In this document: piece after piece, positions 13,427 through 26,571 of the stretch
Layout of the letters: each line of letters starts with the position of its first letter
Position numbering within the stretch: position 1 is the stretch's first letter
Assembly (NCBI GenBank): GCA_012295275.1
Contig: CM022676.1
Location: 12,896,001 to 12,960,000 of the forward strand
Source of the DNA: Chrysomallon squamiferum
Taxonomy: Eukaryota > Animalia > Mollusca
Direction: 5' to 3'
Length of the DNA stretch: 64,000 nt
Position numbers and translations under genes: made by a program
The notes under the pieces: model-generated
What the model saw: the letters and a program-made list of their open reading frames with translations, nothing else
What the model was told of the DNA's origin: nothing
Databases searched by the model: none

Positions 13427-13514
13427 GTAAGTTTCATTCATTTATTTTTTTATTTGGTTATTCATTTATTTATTTATTCATTTGTATTATTCAGATTTAT
13501 GCCGGTTAGAGCTG

Positions 13515-13559
<45 letters not shown>

Positions 13560-14043
13560 TAGTTATTCATCTTGTTTATCTATTTCTATTATTTTTGATT
13601 TTAGTCTTGACAAGAATGAGATTTTTTACACCTTAACCGAAATAGAAGTAGACGCTTTATTACAGTGAGAGCGCTGAAGTAATAACGTGACCGAGTAAGA
13701 TAACCTAGATAGACTGGCTATAACTTGTGTACCCGAAAGAAACAAAGTAAATCACAACATACACTATGGCGATAGTGGGATACATACTTGTTTCTGCTTC
13801 GATTGTTGGATATTTAGGTAAGTTTTATTGTTACTATTTGATTCATACATTGAAAGAAATATGTTAGATATTACCGATAAAAACTGTGTACTGAAAACTT
13901 ATTCAGTCTGTGCCCTGGTTAAAACTAGTTTGGTGTATATTATTTAAACTGCACGTCGTCTCTGAAAAATGAATGAATCGGACTATGAAGTCCCATAAAC
14001 TGTAAGGAACGTTAAACATATCAGAGCTTGCGACGTATATTTT

Positions 14044-14111
<68 letters not shown>

Positions 14112-14940
14112 TGATGATATTAATAATAATAATAATAATAATAACAATTATGTAATAAATATATAAATAATAGAAAGAGATGCGATTAAGATTTTGTTTC
14201 ATTTCGATGTTATGAAGTGCAGTGTTCTACAGTGATAGTAAAATGTACAGTGACAGCTAGTATAGTGTTATAATGTTACAGCTCATTGATACACTGATTA
14301 TGAAAAGTCTTGTATGTGATGTAAATGTTTTAAATGTATACTCTGTTATTAGGAGATGTACGTCCTTATATTAATGTTGAATATTATTATCAGTGCAGTT
14401 GCATAATTACACTGTACAGCTATCTGAATTATCCATTTCTTCATATGTTCCTCAAGGTGAATGTTTATATATTTATATATAATTATTTATCTATATTGGT
14501 ATTTAATATAAGCTAAATCGTATACTAACAATTAATGACTTGCAATACCATTTAAAGAATATTTTAGTCAAAACAAATATTTTAGAAACATGTGACAGAG
14601 ACAAGAAGTATTATTTTTGTAGAAGGAAAGAGCTAATTTTCTATAACAAATGAAAAGTAACTAAACTGACTGAACTTCATTCAGTTTATGGTGAATGAAG
14701 TTGATGTTCTTTTACTATTAATTTCCGTAGGAAAAAAAAAAAAAAAAAGACTCACGCTTGGATTATATTTCACATAATGGAGCTGTCGGAAATGATCTAC
14801 TGAAATACTTCAAATTGTTACTCTAAAAATGATCTTCGATAAAAAAAATCATTGAATAATTAAGAACAAGAAAACAAATCTACGGCAAAATGTGTATAAC
14901 AGTTATTCTTATCACTATTGCAATCCGGACACCATTTGTA

Positions 14941-14986
<46 letters not shown>

Positions 14987-14996
14987 TTATCTATCT

Positions 14997-15046
<50 letters not shown>

Positions 15047-15349
15047 GTTTTCCGTGAATAAATTTCCTTGTTCAAACTAAAGTAATGTACGTAACACTAT
15101 ATCAAGTGGAATTATAAGATAACCAATTTTATAATTATATAACAGCACATAACACATTAAAATCAAATTGATATACGTACTCTTACACTGTTCTTTATTC
15201 AGAACATTATGTATTCTTATAATATCTGGTTTCAGGTGCAAAGTACATCGTATTATGTGAGGTTGACGGCCGAGTACACTGGAAAAATGTTAGACACTGA
15301 ATATCTGAAATAATTAACATGCAGTTTGAATCATTTTAGTGAAGACAGA

Positions 15350-15414
<65 letters not shown>

Positions 15415-16763
15415 TAAAAAATACTTTAAAAAACTCTATTTAATTTTTTCAAATCTCAATTTTTTTTTTTGAGTAATGTATTCATTTATTATTTAATTTT
15501 TTTCCGTACAGGTGTATCATTGAAGATATCTGGTTCTTTGTCTTATGCAGTGTTGAATGAGTACTTTACATTTACTTGTTCTGTGTCACAGGCTGCTGGT
15601 CTTACTGACCTGATACTATTTTATAAACAAACTGGAAGTCAAACACAACAGCTGCTAGGTTCTCTCTATCAGAATGGTGATACTTGTTCTTTATTCAATC
15701 GTTCTCCTGGCTACACTCCAGTGTGTGGAGAAGGGACAGACGTTGGATCATCAAGTGTAAAGAACTACACGCTGACCATAAACAGAACTTCAACTGATGA
15801 TGAAACACTCTGGTGGTGTGAACTGAATTCAGCTTTAAAGAAGAGCAACAATTTTACTTTACCTGTTTCCTGTAAGTAATTATCATATTAATTAAACAAG
15901 TATTGGAATTTTAATCATTTTAAAAGTACAATGTTAAACATTAAACTAAATAAAATGATATTAATTTGTGTGCGTGTAACATCAAGTAAAATTACATTTC
16001 CATACGTAGACTGTAGATAACGTTTATTAAATACTATTCTAATTTTATTACTTAGATGGTCCAGACTCTGTTACACTCAGTTTAACATCACCTGTTGAAG
16101 TGGTAGAAGGACACAGTCTCAGTGTTGACTGTGTTGCTGTGTGTAAGCCAAGCTGTTCCTACTCGTGGAAGCTGGGAAATGATGAACTCACATCAAACTC
16201 TCAACTGAGACTGACAAACATCAGCAGGAATGAAGCAGGAAATGTTTACACGTGTACAGTAACAAACTCTGAAACAAAACAGTCTGAAAATAACACTGTA
16301 ACACTGACTGTCTTCTGTGAGTTACTCAGATTTTTCTTTGATATTATTGACATCGTTAAAATTTAATAGATAGCATTTAAATCAGTATCAGTCTAAAACA
16401 AAAGAGACTAAAAGTAACCAGTTGACACTGACAGCTTATTGTGAGCTATATTTTTAAATATTATTTAGTTTGTATTAAAATATCTATTTAATTTTGAGTC
16501 TCGTTTTGACTAGTATTAAATTACAGTAACAACACCGAAACGAAACAGTCTGAAAGAAACAACTTCAGACAGACAATTTACTTTGAGTTATTCAAGTTTT
16601 ATTGCAAAACATGAATGTTTAATAGTATTTACCTCTAATTAACTGAACTTAATGGAGTATTGCTTTTAATCTCTTCTTGTTTTAAATTTAAATGCAAAGC
16701 TTAGATAATTATTACAAGATTAGAGTCAATAATTTCTGTAATACATAACAGTGCTTTTGTCAC

Positions 16764-16807
<44 letters not shown>

Positions 16808-19800
16808 GTAGTAGTAGTAGTAGTAGTAGTAGTATGTTTTGTTTTTGTCACAGTTAAATATTCTTGAATCTTGTTTGACAGTGTAAATTATGTATTTCAA
16901 AAAGTTATAAATTATAGACTAGGAATAAACATACGTAATATTAAGTATAAGAAAAAAGTGGAACAACGTGAATAAGAAACCTTATGATAGGAATGCTAAT
17001 CATGATTAGATGAAGATAAGAAAAGTATACATAAGTGGAACAAAAATAAAACGAATAAATTAAATATGCTTAAGAGAGATCTAATCAGAAGATATTAATT
17101 AACTTCATTAAATAAGCAGCAATGAGAAGAACAATATTTTTGTGATTAAGTAATAAATTTAATTATTATATTTTATTTACGTTTTCTTGGTAATTTTCTT
17201 ACAAAACATACTTTTATATTAATAATTAACCAATTAATAAATTATTTGTCTTGTTTATGGCATCAGATAAATATGTGTGTTTTTGATGCAAATGAAAATA
17301 TTCCCAGTCTCTTACTGCTTTCAACAAAACAGTCGCCTTCCAACATTCATAAAAACAGTCTACAGTTATGTCAAGAGCAGTATGAAAAAAATCACAAAAA
17401 TCAGACGTGATATTGCTCGTAAGAGTTTATGCCGAAACTATAATACATTTTGCAAACTTAAAGTGTAATAAATTACTGATTTGCTCTTTCATTTCCAGAT
17501 CCACCAAGTTCATCTCCAGTTGTTTCAAGAACAACGTTTCCTGTGTTTGAGGGTGACACTGTCACACTGAACTGTTCTACAACTGGTGGAAACCCAAAAC
17601 CAAATCTGAACTGGACATGTTATAATCCTGTACACTGCTCTGACAGAGAAGAAACCAGAACGTGTACAATATCTTTCATGGCTAACAGGACTCAGAATAA
17701 CAAAGTGTGTGAGTGTGTTTCTAGTTGGAAGTATGGCGTCTACAACTGGGGAAAAAGCAGAAGCTTGACTATTTATTGTAAGTGATTTTTATATTGTTTG
17801 TAATTGATACACATATCAATATATATTACTGGCTAAGTTCAGAATGTTCAGTCGTGGGTTATTGTTGTGGATTAACATAAACAAATACATGCAATTCAAC
17901 GATTACAATTTGAAATATTTACGTGTGAAAACAATCATTCGTATCTTTCAGTTTTTTCTTCATATTTTCAAGAACTGTCAGACATTTTTAATCTGTAAAA
18001 GAAAACAACAAACAAACCATTAACTTACCCATTTAAATAGATAGATAGATAGATTGATAGATAGAGAGATAGATAGATAGATACTGGTTTTGTTATGGAT
18101 GCTAAATTTGATATACCAGATATTTTTGGTACCATGTAAATAGTTTACGAAATGTCAGTTTCAGTTTTTCATGAAATATGGATGAAAACATCCACTGGAA
18201 ATTGAATAAGTATTCGCAGTTTGAAATATATTTGTTTTGTATTTACTAATGTTTCTACCTTAATATTTCCATTTGAACCTGAATATAACCTTCAAAATAC
18301 TCATAAGTTAAAACAATAAATCTTATAAAACAGATGTTAACACATACATATGTTTGTATCTCTCTATGCATGTGTATATATATATGTATCGATATTAATA
18401 CTTATTTTTAGTACAAAATATTTAATACACAACAATTAAAACGAGAATAATTGAAATAAAATAAATACTTTTTATATATTGTGAAACAAACACATTTGAA
18501 TGTCTTACTTTCAACAGTCCTCTCCCAATTAAATAACAATAATAGTAATTTCAGAGCAATTACAGATACAACCAGATTTAATTATATTCCTCTCCTTCTT
18601 TATATGAGAAAGTGTGAGAAAAAAAGTGAAAAGAAGAGATAAAGTACCCACTTACCTGAATTGAAACGAGAGTCTTTTAAACAGATCCTCCAAGCAAACC
18701 AACACTTACATCAGATCCTGAGCCGCCATGGCTAGAAAACGAAGGAGGCTCTTTGATTTGTTCTTTACCTGACAGCGGTAAAGGAAATCCAGCAGCTCAG
18801 TTTTACTGGATTAGAAATGGAACAGACATTCAACACACAGGATCTAAATTGTCACTGACACCCACAAAGAAAGACAATGGAGTCTCGTACAAATGTACAG
18901 CTGGAAATCTCTTCACAGACAGAAGTGGACAACACAGACCTGAATCTAATTCTCTTCATACGAATGTATATTGTAGGTTGTTTAAATGTTGTTGTTGTTG
19001 TTGTTTGTTTGTTTGTTTTATTTGTTCATTATGACTTTCACATTAAGTAAATAAGTAAATAATATTGACATAATTTATGAAGATATTTGAATATTGCTTT
19101 TGACATGTTCATGTCATCCTTATAAAAAATAAACAGGAATAAGCAATGAACGTTAACTGTATTTTAGTTCTCCTCAGTAGTTTTCTGCGAAGTAATGAAA
19201 TCTGTGTGATCTGTTTTCTCTTTCCTCTCAGACTAATTGTATTTTTCCTTGTATTTTTTTTGGTTGTTGCATGTATTATCTTGTTGTTCTTCTTCTGTTT
19301 ACATATATTTGTATTTCAATCTGTGTAGATGCACCCAGAGTGAGAATTTTATCAGAGAGTCACATCAGAGTTGAACTGGGAAAACTTGTGATACTACGCT
19401 GTACAGCTGACAGTAATCCAGACAGTGTTGTATTTGAATGGCGAACTGGTACAAAACACCTCACTGACGGTTCTCTGTTTCAAATCTCCTCATTTCAACA
19501 GTCAGACCAAGGAGAGTACACGTGTTCAGCAAATTCAAAAACTTCTTTCAACACTTCAATGTCAGGATCTGCCAGCGTCATGGTTACAGGTAACTTTATT
19601 TACACTTTTTTCATGTCACCTTTGTTAGCAAGTACAACTGATTTTTCATTTCTTTGTTTTTGTTGTTTCCATCCCTGTCAGAATTAGCCAGTATCAATGT
19701 ATATTGCAGATGAATTTAAAACCCAACATAAATATTTTTGTTCACGTTTTAGTTCTTGAATCAGCTCCTGAATGGTGTTACTGCACAAATGTGTTAGAAA

Positions 19801-21895
19801 CTTCAGTAGATCTCAACAAATTCACTAGATTCACAGTTGAACAACGCTTGTCTACTGAAGACCAGTCTATCAGTCTGCAAGTGTCAGCCAATAAGACACA
19901 GGACAAGACTTTTTCTTTACACATTTCTCATCTCAAGTCCAATTCTTCCTACCACTTTAAAATTTACTCTTCTGCAAATAAAACTGACAGCCGTTACTGT
20001 TTGACTCTTTGTACCACTTTAACAACAATAAATTGTAGTAAGTAAAACAATGTATATAGATTTCGATTCTTCATTTCAAATTTCAGCAAAATATTTATTC
20101 ATTTATTTATTTATTTCTTCTCTGTGTGTTTTTGTTTAGTTTTTTTCAGTACTTGTATACAGGTTCTGGTGAATTTGACATTGACCAAACTATTTGCGTT
20201 ATTTAATGAAAGATATTTAGAAGAAAGAATTATAATTTAAAAAAAAAATGAAACAAAATTAAACGTAAATGCGGATAACTGATATATGTAGTTAGACTTG
20301 TTATTATAATCACTGTAGAAGAACCTTCGTCCATGGCATCACTAGGAACTGGAGTTGGAATTGGTCTGGCAGTAGGAATACTTCTGCTCTGCTTTCCTGC
20401 AATAATTATTCTGTTCATCTTGAGGAGAAGAGGTTACACCATCCGTAGTCAGTTAAATTTTAGACTCATTCATCAGTTATTGTTTTATTGTTTTGAATAT
20501 TTCGTATTTATTTGATTGTCGTTTTTAATTATTTATTCTAAAATTATCTTTCTTTCTTACTTTTTATTGTTAATATTTTTTCTGTCTCTTTAACTATATA
20601 TATGTGTGTGTGTCTTAAAAAAGAAAACCAAATCCAATTATTTCAATGTAAGAGTTATTATTTAACTTGTACATATATGTACATTTATGTTACAGGTTCA
20701 GATAGCAAAAATGAAAATGAAATACATACGTGAGTACTGTCTTGAAATGTTTCTGATTACTACTGTTATAATAGATATTCGCTGTCTATTTACTATGTTA
20801 CCTGCAGACCTTGTTTTGACATAGACACTAGTATGTCTAAAGTGCAATACTACATCATATCATTACTTATGTTTAAAGCCGTTTTGCTGTGAAATTGTAT
20901 CAGTATTGAAAGTATATTAACTGTTTGTAAAATATGTGCATTGTCGCACTAATATAAATGCGTCTGCAAAGTATGTGATTGTCTCATTAATGCAATGCTA
21001 ATGAAACCAAATATATTTGAAGGCGATACCAGTATATTTTTCTTATTGTGTTTCACAGATATGAAGATGTATCATTGGATTCAGTCCAGGAAACAGCTGT
21101 TCGTTCAGGTAAAATAAGAAATCCAGTGTTTTGAGTATATTTTTTAGATCCTAGATTTACTAGAGCACTTTCCTTTGCAAAGAAGCTGACTCTTTAATAC
21201 ATAAAACGATATAAATTGAAGTAGATATTGAAGCACTAATCAAGATGATTGCGGAAATTCAAAATCAGATGCCAATTTTTCATACACATTAACGAATTTT
21301 ATGCATAAACCCATACACACAAAGAGGCAGACAGTTACATACAGTCACATATTGTATTCACTTCGTGAAGAGCTTGAACAGTTAATAAGTAATTTTAACC
21401 AAGACTGAAAGAACATTATTAGGTTATTTTTATATACAATAGTGTTAAAAACTCAAAGAAACTGCAATAAATTAAATGAATTAAAAATAAGCGCTTAAGA
21501 CTTTTTTCAAATTCCGGTAACGATTTCTTTAATAAATATTTTCTAGAAAATGTAACGGAAAAATACTTTATCAAAATGTGTACAAAGAAAATGTGTTTAT
21601 GAAAATATTAATTAATTTATAGAACTTTCTCAAATACCTACAACTCAGTACGAGTGTCTACAATCACGTGATGCACCTGCGTATGAAAAGCTGAAGGTGT
21701 CTGATAATAGACCGAGTTCAGGTAATAACATTTATTTAGAATTATTCACTTTTATTCATCATATTAAAATGTATCCAACTACGATGAGAACTGATAATAA
21801 CTTATTACTATCTTTAATAAAATTTGTATTTGTAAAGATAATCTGAAATGTTTTTATTTCCTATTCGTTATCAGGAGATTTTTATACCAATAGAA

Positions 21896-21985
<90 letters not shown>

Positions 21986-22149
21986 AATAATCATAAGCAT
22001 ATTTTTGAAATGTGTTACAAATCAGGGCTTCCAGAGTCTCTGTAGTTATTTCAATTTATTTTTATGCCAAATCGTTTTTGTTCTTTTTATTTATTTATTT
22101 TTCCTTTCTTTCTTTGTTTCTAGGCAATATATATGAAAATACAGTGTGA
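13372..22149 (+). CDS. Type B gene: ITAM-bearing IgSF receptor (SP - V-like Ig - 4 Ig - FN3-like - TM - tyrosine-motif tail), complete model
   Basis: Exons 13372-13426 (or 13766-13817), 15512-15871, 16056-16316, 17499-17777, 18685-18972, 19329-19589, 19753-20037, 20319-20444, 20696-20729, 21059-21108, 21623-21721, 22124-22149; all GT-AG and phase-compatible, open to TGA 22147-22149. The TM exon donor is weak (alternative 12 nt upstream, same phase). Confidence 0.85.
13766..13817 (+). CDS. Gene B alternative leader exon 1b (MAIVGYILVSASIVGYL-G)
   Basis: Paralogous to exon 1a with its own upstream promoter-like block; TAG|GTAAGT phase 1 donor. Confidence 0.7.
15512..15871 (+). CDS. Gene B Ig domain 1 (V-like)
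   Basis: FTFTC...YTLTINRTSTDDETLWWC; extra Cys pair; 360 nt phase 1-1. Confidence 0.9.
16056..16316 (+). CDS. Gene B Ig domain 2
   Basis: YGPDSV...EGHSLSVDC.A.CKP.CSYSW...LTNISR...YTC; 261 nt phase 1-1. Confidence 0.9.
17499..17777 (+). CDS. Gene B Ig domain 3
   Basis: YPPSSSP...EGDTVTLNCSTTGGNPKPNLNW; 279 nt; near-identical to 30677-30955 (-). Confidence 0.9.
18685..18972 (+). CDS. Gene B Ig domain 4
   Basis: LICS...GNPAAQFYW...DNGVSYKCTAGN; 288 nt; homologous to 29726-30013 (-). Confidence 0.9.
19329..19589 (+). CDS. Gene B Ig domain 5
   Basis: YAPRV...LRCTADSNP...W...DQGEYTCSA; 261 nt. Confidence 0.9.
19753..20037 (+). CDS. Gene B membrane-proximal divergent fibronectin type III-like domain
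   Basis: ISHLKSNSSYHFKIYSSAN matches the FN3 tyrosine-corner pattern; 285 nt, phase 1-1, donor GTAAGT. Confidence 0.7.
20319..20444 (+). CDS. Gene B transmembrane exon
   Basis: GVGIGLAVGILLLCFPAIIILFIL followed by RRR. Confidence 0.85.
21623..21721 (+). CDS. Gene B cytoplasmic ITAM exon (ELSQIPTTQYECLQSRDAPAYEKLKVSDNRPSS)
   Basis: 99-nt AG/GT exon, phase 1-1, YxxL-x7-YxxL. Confidence 0.85.
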
Positions 22150-22205
22150 TTTATTCAACATCTAAAATTACAAAGATGAAATTTTTCGGACCTCTCTGGA
22201 ACTAT

Positions 22206-22208
<3 letters not shown>

Positions 22209-22292
<84 letters not shown>
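22209..22292. repeat. (GA)n microsatellite in gene B 3' UTR
   Basis: Perfect AG dinucleotide run. Confidence 0.95.
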
Positions 22293-22295
<3 letters not shown>

Positions 22296-23087
22296 TAATA
22301 ATGATGTGTTACGATGACCTAGACAGAGTACAACGCGTTTACTCGAATAAAAAACAAGTATATACAAAGGCGCTAATAGGACACTCACTTGTTTCTGTCT
22401 GGACTGGTAGTGTGGAATATGTTCGAAATTATCCGAAACTTGGAGCTATGAATAACTAATGGCGTTTTCACGTGCTGAAAATGATACAAAACTAGAACAG
22501 CATCTAATTCAGGACTTTGATTTGTTGTAACTTTTGTTTAATAAATCTCTTATCGAGACGATAAACTTAAAGGGATGCAACTCTTGTCTTATATATTACA
22601 ACGTTTTCAAGTAAACCGGAGATTACGATTTGCCTGATCTAGAAGCATATTCTATAATTGTAACAAAACACAAAAGTTTTCATTTTTATTTTCTCTTTGT
22701 ACCATTGAATCGTGTGGGCATTTTTTTTAAAGACAAAATTCAAACAAAATATATTGTCCATTATAAAGAAAGTTTCTAAGTTAAGTGTGTTCCCAGAATG
22801 CGTACACGTGTATGTCAATTTAATAATTTTATATTATGATACAAATACAAACACGTCACATGGAACGAGTATCATAAATATAATACGTGATGTAAGATGA
22901 AGAGAACTCAAGTGACAAATAGAAAGAATATAATAAACCAAACTATAATTCCGCAACAGTCATGAAACAATAATACGTACTTCCCTTCATTCTATAAACA
23001 TGTGCTTCATTAATTTTCATAGCTAACACTAGACTGACAGAGAATAATGTTATATAAGTCAGAAAGAAGTAGTCTCTCTATAATAGA

Positions 23088-23410
23088 GAGAGCGCTGTAG
23101 TAATAACGTGACACAAAAAGATGACGTACAGAGAGACAAATCATTCACCCGTAGAAAACAAGTTTAGTCACAACATAAACAAAAGTATTGGGAATAAAAT
23201 TCCTGTACACAAAACGCAAAACCTTTATTCAGTTTGTGTCCCGGTTATAGCTGGTGTTGTGTTCAAACAACTTAAACTTTTGTCACTATATAATTATGTA
23301 ACCTGCACGACACATCTATGACAAGTGAATGAATCGTGCTGTGAAAACCCAGTTTTAACTAAACTTTTCCGAATGAGGTAAATATTACAGTATGCAACGT
23401 ATTTGAATAT
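23088..23410 (+). pseudogene. Relic of a type B promoter/first-intron block lacking the leader exon
   Basis: gagagcgctgtagtaataacgtgac...cccgtagaaaacaagtttagtcacaacat matches 13666-13760 and 13283-13366; the following sequence matches ~13895-14040. Confidence 0.65.
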
Positions 23411-24763
23411 TTTTAAAAATCATTCAGTTGCGGTACATGAATAATAATATTGAAAATAATGATGATGATGATGATGATGATAATAATAATACTAAAAACA
23501 ATATTTGATTATTCATAACTTTACTTCAGTTGGAACTATGAAAATAGTTTCTATTCCACTTTAGACAGAGTGAATCTATATCTAGATGATGATATATTTT
23601 TAGAAGGGATACATTATAAATATCGGGTCCATAAATTTTCTTTTTTCTTCTTTATTTCACATCAACAATATGAAATGAACTCAAAATCTTCACAGTTTTT
23701 TTGCTCAAAGCCTTCAACACACAGTCTGTACTTATGATTATGCCGAGAAGTGATATGGCTAAACAACTTTGATTATGATTAACAAAGATGGAGGCAGAGT
23801 GAGATGATGTACACTTAACGGCTCCCATATCATTTCAGCGCAGATTTAATCACTTAAATATAAATATAAACCAATGAGACACTAGCAGCTACAATACATT
23901 ATACAATGGGCGCACTGGGACGAATTTGTCTTGTTATCTATGATAATTCAGCTCTGCACTTCAGTCAATAGGCTCTTTCTACTTACAACACTAACATGAT
24001 AGCATTGCAAATCATCATTTAGAAATAAATGTATGCTCGACATTTTTTTTTTTTTTTTTTTTTTTTTACGAAGATCATTGACGGTATCATGTATCATTAA
24101 TTAGTAATCACATTTGTAATATCCCTCATGAACAATTTTATTTTATGACAAGAACAAGAACAACATCAACAATAGATTATGTAGTATCATTCACATGAAA
24201 ACAGATGAAATTGTGCTTTTATTTTTTATGACGATCTTGTGAAATGCCATGTTCCGCAGTGCTAGAGAAATGTACAGTGACAGTTTGAGATGGCGTAGTG
24301 TAATAACACACTGACACACACTGCATAACTTAACACAGAGCAAAGCAAGGCAGTTAGAAACTATGTCAGATTCTAGAAAATGTCAGTTTGGATCGTTTCT
24401 ACAGTAATGTTATTCCAGATAACGGGGATCTTCTCCCTGACTGTGAAAAGTATTTTAGGTAAAGTATTTGTTTCTTTGTAGCCTCTTCTTTCTTATCTGT
24501 TTTCTCTTTCTTTTTAATTTATTTATTTTCTTCTAGATATGTAGTTTTTAATATGTTGTTTTTGATGAAAACTACTGAGAGCTAATGAGGTGGTATAATC
24601 AGACTGAATCTGTTGAATTAAACAAGAAAACGTTGTAACCTCAACTTGATATTTTGAATTAGAGAAGAAACAAAAGAGAACAGTGCACGTGACTGTCACA
24701 AGGTGACTGGTAGAGGAAGATGATTCTGTCGCAGAATGAGCTCATTCATACTTAAATCCGTGA

Positions 24764-24867
24764 TAGTTTAACCGAATTAATCTAACTTTAGTAATTCTGA
24801 TAAAGCCAGGTAATTTGACTCTTAAAAAAAAAAAAAATATATATATCATAATAATAATGAATTAATA

Positions 24868-24927
<60 letters not shown>

Positions 24928-25144
24928 CGTTTTCATCACTAAGTTTTCTGCCATAGAGAGATGCTTCACATTTTCCATTAGTAAGAAGGCCAGGATTTAT
25001 TATTGTGTCTTAGATAAATATAGTGTCTTAGTATGAAGTGCCTTAGGTTATAGTTGAACCTGTATTTGTGAATGAACTGTTGCTAGTTTAACCGAATTAA
25101 TCTAACTTTAGTAATTCTGATAAAGCCAGGTAATTTGACTCTTA

Positions 25145-25188
<44 letters not shown>

Positions 25189-25207
25189 TAATAATAATGA
25201 ATTAATA

Positions 25208-25268
<61 letters not shown>

Positions 25269-25424
25269 CGTTTTCATCACTAAGTTTTCTGCCATAGAGA
25301 GATGCTTCACATTTTCCATTAGTAAGAAGGCCAGGATTTATTATTGTGTCTTAGATAAATATAGTGTCTTAGTATGAAGTGCCTTAGGTTATAGTTGAAC
25401 CTGTATTTGTGAATGAACTGTTGC
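24764..25424. repeat. Direct tandem duplication of a ~320-340 bp unit
   Basis: 24764-25083 and 25084-25424 identical apart from the A/TA microsatellite length. Confidence 0.9.
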
Positions 25425-25899
25425 TATGCAAAGCTTTACTAAAGAACTATGGACAGATTATTCTGAATTTCATTTTATATGTAGTCTGTTTTTTTTTAAG
25501 TATTAAAAAACTTGTCCTTATTCATGTATCTATGTTGTTATGCTTGAAGATCATTACTGGAAGAAAAAATAGGGGGGCAGTTGTCCATGGGGCAATTGTC
25601 CTAGAATCATGGTTTATTAATGCTCTACTATCAGAGCACACTGTCCATACTGCTGCTGACAAGTATTTATTAAAAATGTACATATTAGAAACAAGAGAAT
25701 ATTCTCTTGACAATATTAGAACCATCCAAGTAGCTCTATGGGCTGAATTGAGAATGAATACAAAAAAAAAAAAAAAAAAACCCAAAAAACAAACAAAAAA
25801 AACACATGCAAACAAACAAACAAACAAACCCAGGTTTAATCAGTTTTACAAGAAAATACTAATTAAGAAATTTCTCTTTTAATTATTCTTAATCTTCTA

Positions 25900-26180
25900 C
25901 AGGTTGAGAATGCTTTATCTAAAATCTTGGGACCAGACATGTTTCAGATTTCCGAATATTTTAGACTTTGCAATATAAATATGAATTCAATTTATTTTTC
26001 ATACACAGCTTACACAGATAGTCTGCAGGATTTTTTAAAATAATATTTTCAATAATTTTAGACATAAAATAAGTTTTGTATATGCAACTGTAAGATATAA
26101 TTATGTCTGCTGCTCAGAATTAGTTTTGGATTTCTGAGCTTTTCAGATTTCAATATTTCAGATAAGGCACCCTCAACCTG
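25900..26180. mobile_element. Tigger/pogo-type MITE
   Basis: TIRs caggttgag...ctcaacctg, TA on left flank, degenerate ttcagattt subterminal repeats. Confidence 0.7.
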
Positions 26181-26571
26181 TTCCAATAAAACAACAAAAT
26201 GTAAAACTAGAAAAATTAAAAATTAAATTTAACTTGTATAGAATAATAAACAATATCAATTACAGATATTACCTGAATTAAGGTAATTCCATTTTGCTGC
26301 TTTTTAACAAGGAAAACACAATTAAGAGTTCAGGTGTTTACACACAAACATACACAATGAAACAAAATGAAATATTTGAATGATTTGTTTCTGAATATAA
26401 GCATAATAAGCATGTCATGTAGACCTTCTTGTTAAAATAAAAATATGAAGAAATAATGTACAAATGACTTAAATGGCATATGAAAGGCTTGAAAGAGGAA
26501 AAAAAAAAAAAAAAAAAAAAAGGGAAAAAAAGTGAGATGATCTCATTACAAAATATATTAAATGAACTTAC

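Larger units (their letters stand above)
9143..14732 (+). repeat. Segmental duplication copy 2 (matches ~58386-64000)
   Basis: Colinear similarity at an offset of about 49.3 kb. Confidence 0.95.

Noticed and set aside
13454-14202. Poly-Tyr/poly-Ile ORFs (and poly-Asn/Asp/Met at 21848-22136, poly-SL at 22155-22388)
   Set aside because: Translations of (TAT)n, (AAT)n, (GAT)n and (GA)n microsatellites.
15236-15262. Possible micro-exon after tttcAG in gene B intron 1
   Set aside because: No strong donor and not needed for the gene model.
25409-25882. Overlapping 157-aa (+) and 101-aa (-) ORFs
   Set aside because: Low-complexity A-run content, no domain; could not be joined convincingly as a gene C tail exon.
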